A stretch of 64,000 nt of DNA from Promethearchaeota archaeon. GTDB lineage: Archaea > Asgardarchaeota > Lokiarchaeia > Sigyniarchaeales > SOKP01. This document shows, piece after piece, positions 10,029 to 18,550 of the stretch. The DNA lies in contig JAHPZA010000001.1 of NCBI GenBank assembly GCA_019058445.1, positions 96,001 through 160,000 on the forward strand. The letters run 5' to 3'. Under the pieces are notes generated by a model. The model was not told the DNA's origin. It made no database searches and was given only the letters and a program-made list of their open reading frames with translations. A program made the position numbers and the translations under genes. Numbering within the stretch: position 1 is the stretch's first letter; every line of letters starts with the position of its first letter.

Positions 10029-10490
10029 CTACTTCTTCCGCTTTGCGAAAAGCTGCTTCAACTCACCCATGATTGCCCCACGTAGGCTTTGAGGGCTTGC
10101 GGGTCGGCTAGGTCCGGGTGGTGGGCCTCCAGGGGGACCTCCGGGTGGACCTCCAGGGGGAGGTGGTGGACCTCCAGGGGGACCTCCGGGTGGACCTCCA
10201 GGGGGACCTCCAATAGAAGGTGCTATAGGTGCTACAGGCGCAGCGCCAGGAGAAGCTGGAGCTGCCACACCTCTAGTTTTTATAGCATTTAAATCGTTCG
10301 TCATCGTGTTAACTCTAGATTGTAGACTTGAAATTTGTGTTTTTAAATCAGCTAAAGATCCATCAACAAGGTCAGGTATTCGTAAAACAATTGTCATTAT
10401 TTTTTCAACAATGTCCCCAAACGCATTTACTTTTTCTTCTATTGGGGATTTCTTGGCTTTATCAAGGAAGCTTGCAAATTCTTCGGCTAT
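10029..10490 (-). CDS. coiled-coil + polyproline (GPPG)n + WH2-like helix protein
   Basis: Frame stays open 31 codons upstream of the track ATG (10397) to an ATA at 10490 preceded by GGTGA; GPPG repeats, PPPPP, C-terminal LRGAIMGELKQLFAKRKK. Confidence 0.7.
   Translation of the reverse strand: MAEEFASFLDKAKKSPIEEKVNAFGDIVEKIMTIVLRIPDLVDGSLADLKTQISSLQSRVNTMTNDLNAIKTRGVAAPASPGAAPVAPIAPSIGGPPGGPPGGPPGGPPPPPGGPPGGPPGGPPPGPSRPASPQSLRGAIMGELKQLFAKRKK
10110..10211. repeat. GC-rich 12-bp coding tandem repeat (GGACCTCC[A/G]GG[G/T]) encoding GPPG
   Basis: Visible tandem units inside the proline-rich ORF. Confidence 0.85.
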
Positions 10491-10648
10491 GGCTAATCAC
10501 CAATAATTTTTGTTAATAATTACATTTTGAAAGATTATTTTTTCTAATAATTATATAATAGTTTTGTTTAATAAAAATATGTTTTGATGCAAACTTACCT
10601 TATACCTTGAAAAATAAGAGTAGAAAAAAAGTATAATATATATAGGAC

Positions 10649-11269
10649 TTAACTCATCTCAGTGGTTGAATCCTTTAGTTTTAACCATAAATCGTCAAGT
10701 TCGTCTTGCATTTGAACAAATTGTTCAATTTCTTTAAGTAAAATATTTCTGGCCCTATCGAAATCTCTTTGTAAATCATTTAACTCGTTTTCAAGCATAG
10801 TAAGTTTACTTCCCTCAATCATTTTATTTTTAGTTTTTTCTATGCTTAAAGCTTTTTTAATTACGCCTGATCTCCTGCCGGCAATAGTAGTAAGAGCTTC
10901 TGCAAATAAATCTCCCCTAGTTGCTAAATCATCTTTTCGAATAGCTAGATCTTTGATTGAGTTAACAAAATCATTGCTTGCTTCAATATATTTATCATTT
11001 TTGTGGATAAAATCTTGATAGTAATTTATTTCATCATCTTTTACATTTGATTTTGATTCTCTTGCAAGGGTTTGCATTTGTTTTAACACATCTCTAAATG
11101 TTCGATTAAGCAATTGCCGGGCGATATTTAATTTCGCAATATTGTCTGCAAGTTTTTTATGAGAATCAGAAACTGTTCTCTGTAATCTTGCGACTTTTTT
11201 AAGATGGGAAGCTAAATCTTTTTCCATTTTCGCAAGATCTAATTCATCTTCATGGGTTATAATTGGCAT
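10649..11269 (-). CDS. all-helical coiled-coil protein, BAR/IMD-like size
   Basis: 206 aa of continuous amphipathic helices, no Pro after residue 2. Confidence 0.55.
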   Translation of the reverse strand: MPIITHEDELDLAKMEKDLASHLKKVARLQRTVSDSHKKLADNIAKLNIARQLLNRTFRDVLKQMQTLARESKSNVKDDEINYYQDFIHKNDKYIEASNDFVNSIKDLAIRKDDLATRGDLFAEALTTIAGRRSGVIKKALSIEKTKNKMIEGSKLTMLENELNDLQRDFDRARNILLKEIEQFVQMQDELDDLWLKLKDSTTEMS

Positions 11270-11359
11270 TTTATCAAATCTCGAAAAAATTTTTTGTTTT
11301 ATTCAACTACGTTATTATGATCATAATAACTTTTTTTATATATTTTTATGCAATCAAGT

Positions 11360-12394
11360 TCAGAAAGGAAAAATCGCAGTAATGATATTATCTTTATAGT
11401 TAGCCTTTATGACTTTAGCTTGTATTTCTTTTCCTAGTAAATTATCCGAATATTGAAATGGCTTATTTAGAAGTATCTTTATTCCAATGTCTTTAGCAAT
11501 TTTGCCTATGCATTCATTCGGCCATCTTCCTATGGAGACTATTTCTAATTTTATAACATCCCCCTTTCTATACGGTAAAGGCATACCTACTTTTCTTTTT
11601 TGGATATTAAAATCCGTAGGGCCCAGTTTTAATTTTAAATCATATCTCCTTTCTAGTTTAGATAATTGTTTATAAAAGTAGTCCCATGATTTAGGTCTAA
11701 TTTTTTTCAATTTTCGACCTGTTTTATAAACTAAATATTTTTGAATTCCGAGTTGAATTTTTTTCTTAGAAAATCCTTGATTTCTTAAATTAATTACGAA
11801 TTCAATGATATCTTCGATATCCTTGTCATTCTCTCCAGGAAACCAAACCGGAGCTAATAAAACGTCGATATTTGTATTAAGTATCGAATATATGTTTTTA
11901 ATTAAGTTTTTTAAATCATAATTTTTACAATCACAAAAATATTCGGCTTTTTCTTGGTTTAAGGTATTGAGGCTAATGTTTATACGTGAAAGTTGGACAT
12001 CTGCCAATTTTTTTATATTTTCATTAGTTAATAATAACCCGTTACTTTGCATCGAAATGGTTTTCACACCTTCTAATTCCCAGAGCATTTCTATTAAACC
12101 AAATAATTCAGAGTATAATAAGATTTCTCCATAAGGAGCTAAGTGAATTTCTATATTGTATGATCCTTTAATGTCTATGAGTTGCTTAATTTTTTGAATT
12201 AAATATTGAGGTTCTACGATAAAATTATTTATAAAATCTCCTGCGCTCACAAAACAATATTTACATTTGAGATTACAAAGGGTTAGAGGTTTGAGTTCAA
12301 TAATATTTGTCCCCCGATCAATTACACCTATGAAATCGACTCCATAGAGCGGAATAGCCGAGCTTTGATTGACATAAATCGTATTTGGACTCAT
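11360..12394 (-). CDS. radical SAM protein with C-terminal TRAM-like domain
   Basis: CNLKCKYC motif, GEILLY, SNG. Confidence 0.85.
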   Translation of the reverse strand: MSPNTIYVNQSSAIPLYGVDFIGVIDRGTNIIELKPLTLCNLKCKYCFVSAGDFINNFIVEPQYLIQKIKQLIDIKGSYNIEIHLAPYGEILLYSELFGLIEMLWELEGVKTISMQSNGLLLTNENIKKLADVQLSRINISLNTLNQEKAEYFCDCKNYDLKNLIKNIYSILNTNIDVLLAPVWFPGENDKDIEDIIEFVINLRNQGFSKKKIQLGIQKYLVYKTGRKLKKIRPKSWDYFYKQLSKLERRYDLKLKLGPTDFNIQKRKVGMPLPYRKGDVIKLEIVSIGRWPNECIGKIAKDIGIKILLNKPFQYSDNLLGKEIQAKVIKANYKDNIITAIFPF

Positions 12395-12406
12395 TTTGGG
12401 ATATGG

Positions 12407-13480
12407 TTATAATTTATATCTTAATATACCTACAATGGAACCTAAATCTATTATTTGTTGACCAGTAGAAGTTTGACTACTAACTATATCAACTTCCCCT
12501 CCAGAATATTCCACGTTGGTAATAATTCTCTCAATACTAAGTTTTTGAGTTTTTGAAGTCCCTCGAATTAATATATCTGCCACAAATAATTGTTTAATAG
12601 CACCCCTCTCAGAAGCTTCGCTGTTTTCATTAATACCAATTGAAATTAAATCGGGGTCTGTATTAAATAATTTAAAAATTTCTTCAATTTTTTCCGTTTC
12701 TTGTAATATTTTTATTTTCTCTTTTAATCCCGCCAATTCTTTAGATTTTAATGTCTCTCGAATAGCACTTTCCGTACCGGAGCTAGCGTGTATGCTTCTA
12801 ATTTTATGTATGTAATTGGGATTATATTTTTCTTTTAAATAATTTAGTAATAAATCTCTTGTATTTCCCGGGCCACAAAAAACAATTAAATTAATATCAG
12901 TTGAGTTTAGATTTTCTTCAATAATTTTTTTTAAATTTTCAAAAAAGTCAGTTAACGCTTTATTTCTTTGTGATTGTTCGTATCTTTTACCTGGTATGTG
13001 TGATTTTATTGTAGCTATCTTATTTTGACTAAAGTTTGTAATAATTTCGATTGTTGCAAGTCCCGTTTCAATCGCTATCATTAATATTACAAAGTTAGAC
13101 TCAAACTTAGAGGATTGTTTTAATCTTTTCATTTCTTGAGAAGACCATTTTTCTTTTATGATCGCAATTTTCTGTCCTTTTTCGATATTAAAGGTATGGT
13201 ATGTACCAAAACTTACAAAATCTTCTGGTCCCTCTATAATTGTCCCTTTAACTCTCAATCTATTTGAAAATTCATGAAAGGAAACATCCTCAACATTTAA
13301 TTTTAAAAACATAGGTTTTCTCTCACCTTTAGAGCCCTCTTTAAGTACTACTCTTCTTTGGGTTCGCGCAGCGACTTTATCATTTTTCGAGATGATATTA
13401 TACAGTGTCCACAGATCGTTTAAATTTTCTATTTTAACGATAATCTCTCCTTGTTTTTGATTGATTTCACGTATTTTCAA
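12407..13480 (-). CDS. pelA: pelota (Dom34) ribosome rescue factor
   Basis: NLNDLWTLYNII, RLRVKGTI, GTYHTFNI, IPGKR, eRF1-like three-domain layout. Confidence 0.95.
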   Translation of the reverse strand: MKIREINQKQGEIIVKIENLNDLWTLYNIISKNDKVAARTQRRVVLKEGSKGERKPMFLKLNVEDVSFHEFSNRLRVKGTIIEGPEDFVSFGTYHTFNIEKGQKIAIIKEKWSSQEMKRLKQSSKFESNFVILMIAIETGLATIEIITNFSQNKIATIKSHIPGKRYEQSQRNKALTDFFENLKKIIEENLNSTDINLIVFCGPGNTRDLLLNYLKEKYNPNYIHKIRSIHASSGTESAIRETLKSKELAGLKEKIKILQETEKIEEIFKLFNTDPDLISIGINENSEASERGAIKQLFVADILIRGTSKTQKLSIERIITNVEYSGGEVDIVSSQTSTGQQIIDLGSIVGILRYKL

Positions 13481-13610
13481 ACTTAAATCTAAACTCCAAT
13501 AAAATTTTCTTATATTATAAGAAGAATAGATAGTAGAAAAATTGATTTACTATTAGAATGAAGTGAAGTTTAAAAAAATAGAAAAAAAATAAAGAAAAAA
13601 GAAATCTGAA

Positions 13611-13760
13611 TTATCCCTCTCCTAAAGCCTGCTTAACCTTCTCTAATTCTTCCATACGCTTCCTTTTTTCCTCTTCTCGCTTTTTCATCTCTGCTTCGTC
13701 TGGCTTAGCTAGAGATACTCCTTTCTTAATTTCATTTTCAAGCTCTTTATCTATTGGCAT
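13611..13760 (-). CDS. unannotated 49-aa microprotein, WH2-like N-terminus + charged helix
   Basis: MPIDKELENEIKKGVSLAKPDEAEMKKREEEKRKRMEELEKVKQALGEG*; ATG preceded by AAGGTG; GC higher than flanks; T-rich tract after stop. Confidence 0.75.
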   Translation of the reverse strand: MPIDKELENEIKKGVSLAKPDEAEMKKREEEKRKRMEELEKVKQALGEG

Positions 13761-13835
13761 ATTTCAGCAACACCTTTTTTTTTTATCTTATTATAAAAAA
13801 ACTTATTTATAAGTTTTAGTTTATAGAAAAATCAT

Positions 13836-14285
13836 CTAAAGAATATCTAATTTCATTAAATATGCGTCCTCTTTTGATTGGTAATATTGATTTATTTTCT
13901 GTACTATTTTGAAGCCAAACTTACGATATAATTTTATAGCGGTAGAGTTTTTGACTTGTACATTTAGGACGACTTTTTTGATATCAGTTGATTCCTTGAT
14001 TTTTTTAACGGTGTTGAATAAAAGAAAAGAGCCATACCCTTTATTGTGATAGTTAGGATTAACCAAAAAATTAATTATATTTGCTCTATCAATTCTATCT
14101 TTTACTACAATAATGAACCCTATAATTTCTTTTCTAATTTTATTTTTTTCTAATTTTAAAAAATAGAGATTATTTCGAATTAATTTTTTTATTAAGGCTT
14201 TCGAAAATGCATTTTTATTGAACACCGATTTTTCCAGAAAAAAGATGTCATTTACATCTTTCGAAGATACTTGTTTAATTTTCAT
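13836..14285 (-). CDS. rimI: GNAT N-acetyltransferase (RimI/Ard1-like)
   Basis: VNPNYHNKGYG acetyl-CoA motif, N..AIKLYRKFGF, YY..EDAYLM. Confidence 0.88.
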   Translation of the reverse strand: MKIKQVSSKDVNDIFFLEKSVFNKNAFSKALIKKLIRNNLYFLKLEKNKIRKEIIGFIIVVKDRIDRANIINFLVNPNYHNKGYGSFLLFNTVKKIKESTDIKKVVLNVQVKNSTAIKLYRKFGFKIVQKINQYYQSKEDAYLMKLDIL

Positions 14286-15427
14286 TTAGATCCCTTCATT
14301 TCATGCTTGAAAACCTTAATGGGTGTTTTCTCTGTAATTTGACGGTATTCTCCTCTAAAAGGGATAATCTCTTCAACAAATCCATCCAAATTTTTATTTT
14401 CCAAAAATTCTATAAATTTATCTGTCAAAGCAATATAATATGGTAATCTTATTTTATTTTTTTCGATGGTTATTTGTTCTTTAGGGACATTAAATTTTGA
14501 GATAATTAATTCTTTTAGAGATGTTAAATTTTCGTCACTACCCTCAATTTGACCATATATAAGGAGCCCCTCCTCAGTTATTACTTCATATGGTAATTTA
14601 ATTGTTTTTGCTCTTCTTAAATAGCGGTTTTTTAATTGATGATAATCTTTTGCTTTAATTGTACAAAAATGAATTTTAAGAGAGGTTTTAGGAGCTAATT
14701 TTGTAATGAGCTTCATGGCCGTTTCTTTACTATTTTCAACAGTTGCAACCGTGTCTTTTTTTAATTTAAACCCTTTTTCCTTTAAATATTGACTATTAGG
14801 ATAACATATTTCAAATTCATTCAGATTAATGAATTCTGCTCCAATTTTATTTAAAAAAAGAATAAGATTTTCAAGATTATTGTTATATTCAAATCCGGGA
14901 ATTACAGGAACTTCAGCTCCCACAGAAAATCCTTTATTTAAAGCAAATTTAATATTTTCCCATTTATTTAGAGGAGGATGAAAGCGTATCTCATCTAGAC
15001 CAACTTCTGCTAATTTTTCTGCAATAGATTCATTGAAGTTCATTCCATTTGTGTACAAGTGTACATGAAATTTCTTCCCTTTCATTTTTTTAACATATTT
15101 TATGTAATCATAAGTTTTTTCTAAATTTGATTCTAAAAGTGGTTCTCCGCCAGTTATACTCATTCCTTTCGCATTGATTTTGTTAATCTCAATTAATAAA
15201 TCCTTATGAGAGAATACATGAATTTCATCAGCAAATGTTATATCCTTACCTCTCCTCTCTTCTGAGATGGGACAATACCATGAACAATGAGCAGGTTTTT
15301 GACATATGCCATTTAGAAATAATACAACTTTTACTCCCTTTAAACAAAGTTGACAACCTTTTGGGAGGTTTCTCCCCTTTATATAAAATGTGCTTCCTTT
15401 AGATTCTAAGATCTTGGTACTTTTCAT
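14282..15427 (-). CDS. archaeal radical SAM protein (PFL-activase-related family)
   Basis: LPKGCQLC, C-x5-C-x3-C cluster motif, ITGGEPL, GLDEIRFHP. Confidence 0.85.
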   Translation of the reverse strand: MKSTKILESKGSTFYIKGRNLPKGCQLCLKGVKVVLFLNGICQKPAHCSWYCPISEERRGKDITFADEIHVFSHKDLLIEINKINAKGMSITGGEPLLESNLEKTYDYIKYVKKMKGKKFHVHLYTNGMNFNESIAEKLAEVGLDEIRFHPPLNKWENIKFALNKGFSVGAEVPVIPGFEYNNNLENLILFLNKIGAEFINLNEFEICYPNSQYLKEKGFKLKKDTVATVENSKETAMKLITKLAPKTSLKIHFCTIKAKDYHQLKNRYLRRAKTIKLPYEVITEEGLLIYGQIEGSDENLTSLKELIISKFNVPKEQITIEKNKIRLPYYIALTDKFIEFLENKNLDGFVEEIIPFRGEYRQITEKTPIKVFKHEMKGSK

Positions 15428-16125
15428 CTTTGATATAATTTTTTTCGAATTATTGTCTTTTTATTTGATAATTTTTTGAGAACTTCTTCCGTTGATTCAT
15501 TTATATCAAGCGATCTTTTTAAAAATACCCCCGTTTTTCCATGCTTCTCTCTTTTTAAGAGAACTTTTTTTCGTTCTAATATGGTATCAATACCAATACC
15601 TAATACTTTGGCTGCTACTGCTTCATTATCAATTATAGATAGTTCATCATGTCCTTGTGTGTTTGGCTGAATTAAGACCAATCTTTTATCAATGCCCGGT
15701 ACTCTCATACCTAATTTTAATTCATTTAAGCTTATTTTTCCTCCAAAATCATAAAATTCCAATGATTTCTTTGGTAGTTTAGTTAATGGTATAGTAATAC
15801 TTTCCAATTCGCTCAAATATATATAAAGCTTTATTGAATCTTTTGGAGTTGCCATAATAATTTCTCTAAAATAATGTTTGAAGCCATTTTTATTTAATAT
15901 AAATTCAATTCGGAATGATTGAATTGGTTCCGTGAAAATAATATCTATATCACTATTTTTATGTACGTTCCCTCGTGCGATGCTTCCATAAACATGCGGG
16001 TTTAAGCCCTCAAACATTTTTAAGAAGATAGCAGCCCTATCTCGTTTAATTTTAAGTAGAGCCCAATCAGATTTAGTGTATAGTATTGATTCGGAATACT
16101 CTCTTAAAATCTTTTCTTTTGACAT
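15424..16125 (-). CDS. Pol-beta-like nucleotidyltransferase domain protein
   Basis: YGSIARG..SDIDI, RVPGIDKRL, GKTGVF. Confidence 0.85.
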   Translation of the reverse strand: MSKEKILREYSESILYTKSDWALLKIKRDRAAIFLKMFEGLNPHVYGSIARGNVHKNSDIDIIFTEPIQSFRIEFILNKNGFKHYFREIIMATPKDSIKLYIYLSELESITIPLTKLPKKSLEFYDFGGKISLNELKLGMRVPGIDKRLVLIQPNTQGHDELSIIDNEAVAAKVLGIGIDTILERKKVLLKREKHGKTGVFLKRSLDINESTEEVLKKLSNKKTIIRKKLYQR

Positions 16126-16128
16126 GAA

Positions 16129-16983
16129 TTAGGATAATTTTTGGGATTTTAATATATTTGATTCTACTAAATTAATGATTATCCCTAAAAGAATGGTCTC
16201 ATAGCATTTAAATAAACTCTTGCTTTTATCTAATATCCATAAATTAGTATTGGGAAGATTATAATCTGCTAAATGGGTGGATAGCAGTTTTATCTTTTTA
16301 CTTGTTAGAATTTTACTTGATTTCTTACTAAAAATAATAAACAGTTTAGACAATATATCCTCTTTCTCAGTAATGCCAGTGATATGTTTCTTGGCTATTA
16401 ATTCAAATTTCGGATTAATTAAAATCACTCCAGCATTATTTTTATCATATATAAGGGGAGTAATAAAAACCATTATTTTATGATGAGTAATAAGTATATA
16501 GTTAGAATTGGTGATCACTTCTTTTTGTTTTAGGGAGTGTAAGATAGAGGAACTTAGATTTGCAGATTCTAAATGTAGTTCTTTATCTAAATTACCATGA
16601 TTAAGAGAGCATTTATTACTAAGAACTATATTAATCACATCAAATCCATAGCTAGCCAAACCTTCGGTTAAAACGTTAAATAATCTATTATACTTGTGAG
16701 ATCTAATTAATAGAATTGATGGATTTTGCATAGCCTTCCTTTTTAAAACATGATTAATGGTTATAGTAATTTTTTTGAGTTTAACGGATTGATTTATTGG
16801 TTTAAAGGACTGAATATTTAATATAACCCGGGACAAATAAACGTTAGATAATGTGGATCTCCACCTAACTCTTTCCTTAAAAATTCTCACACTAACCAAG
16901 AACACAATTAATAATAGAATTACGACGGTATCAATGAAAATCCAATCAAACTGAAAAAAATTTATAGCCAAATTATTCAACAA
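16129..16983 (-). CDS. membrane-anchored degenerate alpha/beta-hydrolase-fold protein
   Basis: N-terminal TM helix; LASYGFDV and GVILINP strands, no GxSxG. Confidence 0.45.
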   Translation of the reverse strand: MLNNLAINFFQFDWIFIDTVVILLLIVFLVSVRIFKERVRWRSTLSNVYLSRVILNIQSFKPINQSVKLKKITITINHVLKRKAMQNPSILLIRSHKYNRLFNVLTEGLASYGFDVINIVLSNKCSLNHGNLDKELHLESANLSSSILHSLKQKEVITNSNYILITHHKIMVFITPLIYDKNNAGVILINPKFELIAKKHITGITEKEDILSKLFIIFSKKSSKILTSKKIKLLSTHLADYNLPNTNLWILDKSKSLFKCYETILLGIIINLVESNILKSQKLS

Positions 16984-17299
16984 CTTCCTTTATCCAATTT
17001 AAATATTTTTCAGAACCCTTTTCAATTTTAAATCCAATACATTCAGGTATATCATAGCTATGTATCTCACTGATCTTCTGAATAAGTAAATTACTTTTTT
17101 CCTCCGTGGTTTTTATCAATAATAGATGCTCGTTGTCTTCTTCGATGTTGCCTTTCCATGTATAGATGGAAAAAATCTTTTGAATAATATTGACACATGC
17201 TGCAAGGTTAGCCTCAACTAAAATTCTTGCTATGCTTTTTCCTTCTTCAATGGTTGGCACAGTTACAAGAAATAAATAGTAACTCATATCACACTTCAC
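16973..17299 (-). CDS. cutA: divalent cation tolerance protein CutA
   Basis: LAACVN..SIYTWKG..E..LLIKT..HSYDIP. Confidence 0.95.
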   Translation of the reverse strand: MKCDMSYYLFLVTVPTIEEGKSIARILVEANLAACVNIIQKIFSIYTWKGNIEEDNEHLLLIKTTEEKSNLLIQKISEIHSYDIPECIGFKIEKGSEKYLNWIKEVVE

Positions 17300-17587
17300 A
17301 CATTTCTTTTTTCACTTATTGTTATAAAAGATGGTTCTCTTAAATTTTATTTTATATGTTTTCAAAATAGTATGTAATTATCAAATTATGTTATTTTCGT
17401 AAGCTATTAAGAGGGATGTTAAAAAATTCATAGAAATAAAAATTAATGATTTACTCAAAAAGAATATATAAATACTCGAAATATTATTAATAATAAAACT
17501 ATAACAGAAAGTAAAATTATAGTTGTTAAATAAGTTAAGCTTTAAATTAAAATACAAGAGTAAAAACTTATGCAAGAGGTTTATTAA

Positions 17588-18313
17588 ATGTTACATAATC
17601 TCTATCTCATTCACCAACATACGGGCATTTGCCTAATCCATAGGAAATATGGCACCATAGAATTTAACCAAGATTTAGTGTCCGGCTTTCTTACGGCATT
17701 AAAAGATTTCTCAGTTGAATTTTCTAAAGGATCAGGTGAATTGAAAGTAATTGACATGCAGGTTTTTTATTTAATGCTGGTTTTCAAGGAGGGTGTATTG
17801 GTAACGGCCGCAGCAGACAAAAATGATGATAGTAAAATCACTCACCGGGCTTTAAGTGATATTATTGATAAATTTACGACGGAATTTGGTGAAAGCATCA
17901 AAACATGGAAAGGTGATGTACGGATTTTCAAAGATTTTCATGAAAAAATTGATACTATTTTAGAGAATGGTAGAGTTGCTGAAATAAAACTAAGAATTCC
18001 TATTCTAAAAATTTATAAGAAAGATTTTGTGAAATCTCAGAAAAAACTAGCAAAAAGCGGATTGCTTATTTCTGAAGAGGATTTAAGGGAAGTTTCGGAT
18101 AAAAAACCCGAATGGACTAAAAAGAGGCTACCGAAGCAAGTGATATCTCAAGGATTTTTGGACAAGACACAATATGAAATTGCTCATTTGGCAGATGGAT
18201 TTCATACGGTTTCGGATATTGCCGAAGAAGTGGGAGTACCTGAGGCAGATGTTCAAGTTATAATCGACAGTCTGGATTCCCTGGGATTACTCCAATTTAT
18301 AGAAATAGAATAA
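17588..18313 (+). CDS. longin-like domain + C-terminal winged HTH
   Basis: NLYLI..GICL..DLVSGFLTAL longin pattern; DGFHTVSDIAEEVG..L.SLGLL wHTH. Confidence 0.75.
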   Translation: MLHNLYLIHQHTGICLIHRKYGTIEFNQDLVSGFLTALKDFSVEFSKGSGELKVIDMQVFYLMLVFKEGVLVTAAADKNDDSKITHRALSDIIDKFTTEFGESIKTWKGDVRIFKDFHEKIDTILENGRVAEIKLRIPILKIYKKDFVKSQKKLAKSGLLISEEDLREVSDKKPEWTKKRLPKQVISQGFLDKTQYEIAHLADGFHTVSDIAEEVGVPEADVQVIIDSLDSLGLLQFIEIE

Positions 18314-18550
18314 ATATTGTCCCAAAATTCTTTACTTTTTCTTATTGAAAATACGTTGATAAATAGTTTTTTCAGTAAACTATACATATTTCACTAAATT
18401 TTAACTTTGGGATTTGGATTTCTTTCAAGTAGTTAAAAAATTCTTATTTTCTGTTATTACAATAAAAAATTTAAATGATTTTGAAATTAAACAATTAACC
18501 TTTTGAATTAACTTTTTGAAACTTGTATTATTAAAATATTGTGATCAAGG

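Noticed and set aside
10110-10211. GC-rich repeats as CRISPR array or structured ncRNA
   Set aside because: 12-bp tandem units without unique spacers; fully explained by GPPG coding; no cas genes
17381-17575. 64-aa ORF in divergent promoter region (also 22128-22316, 60267-60542)
   Set aside because: Low-complexity AT-rich frames with no motif; likely spurious
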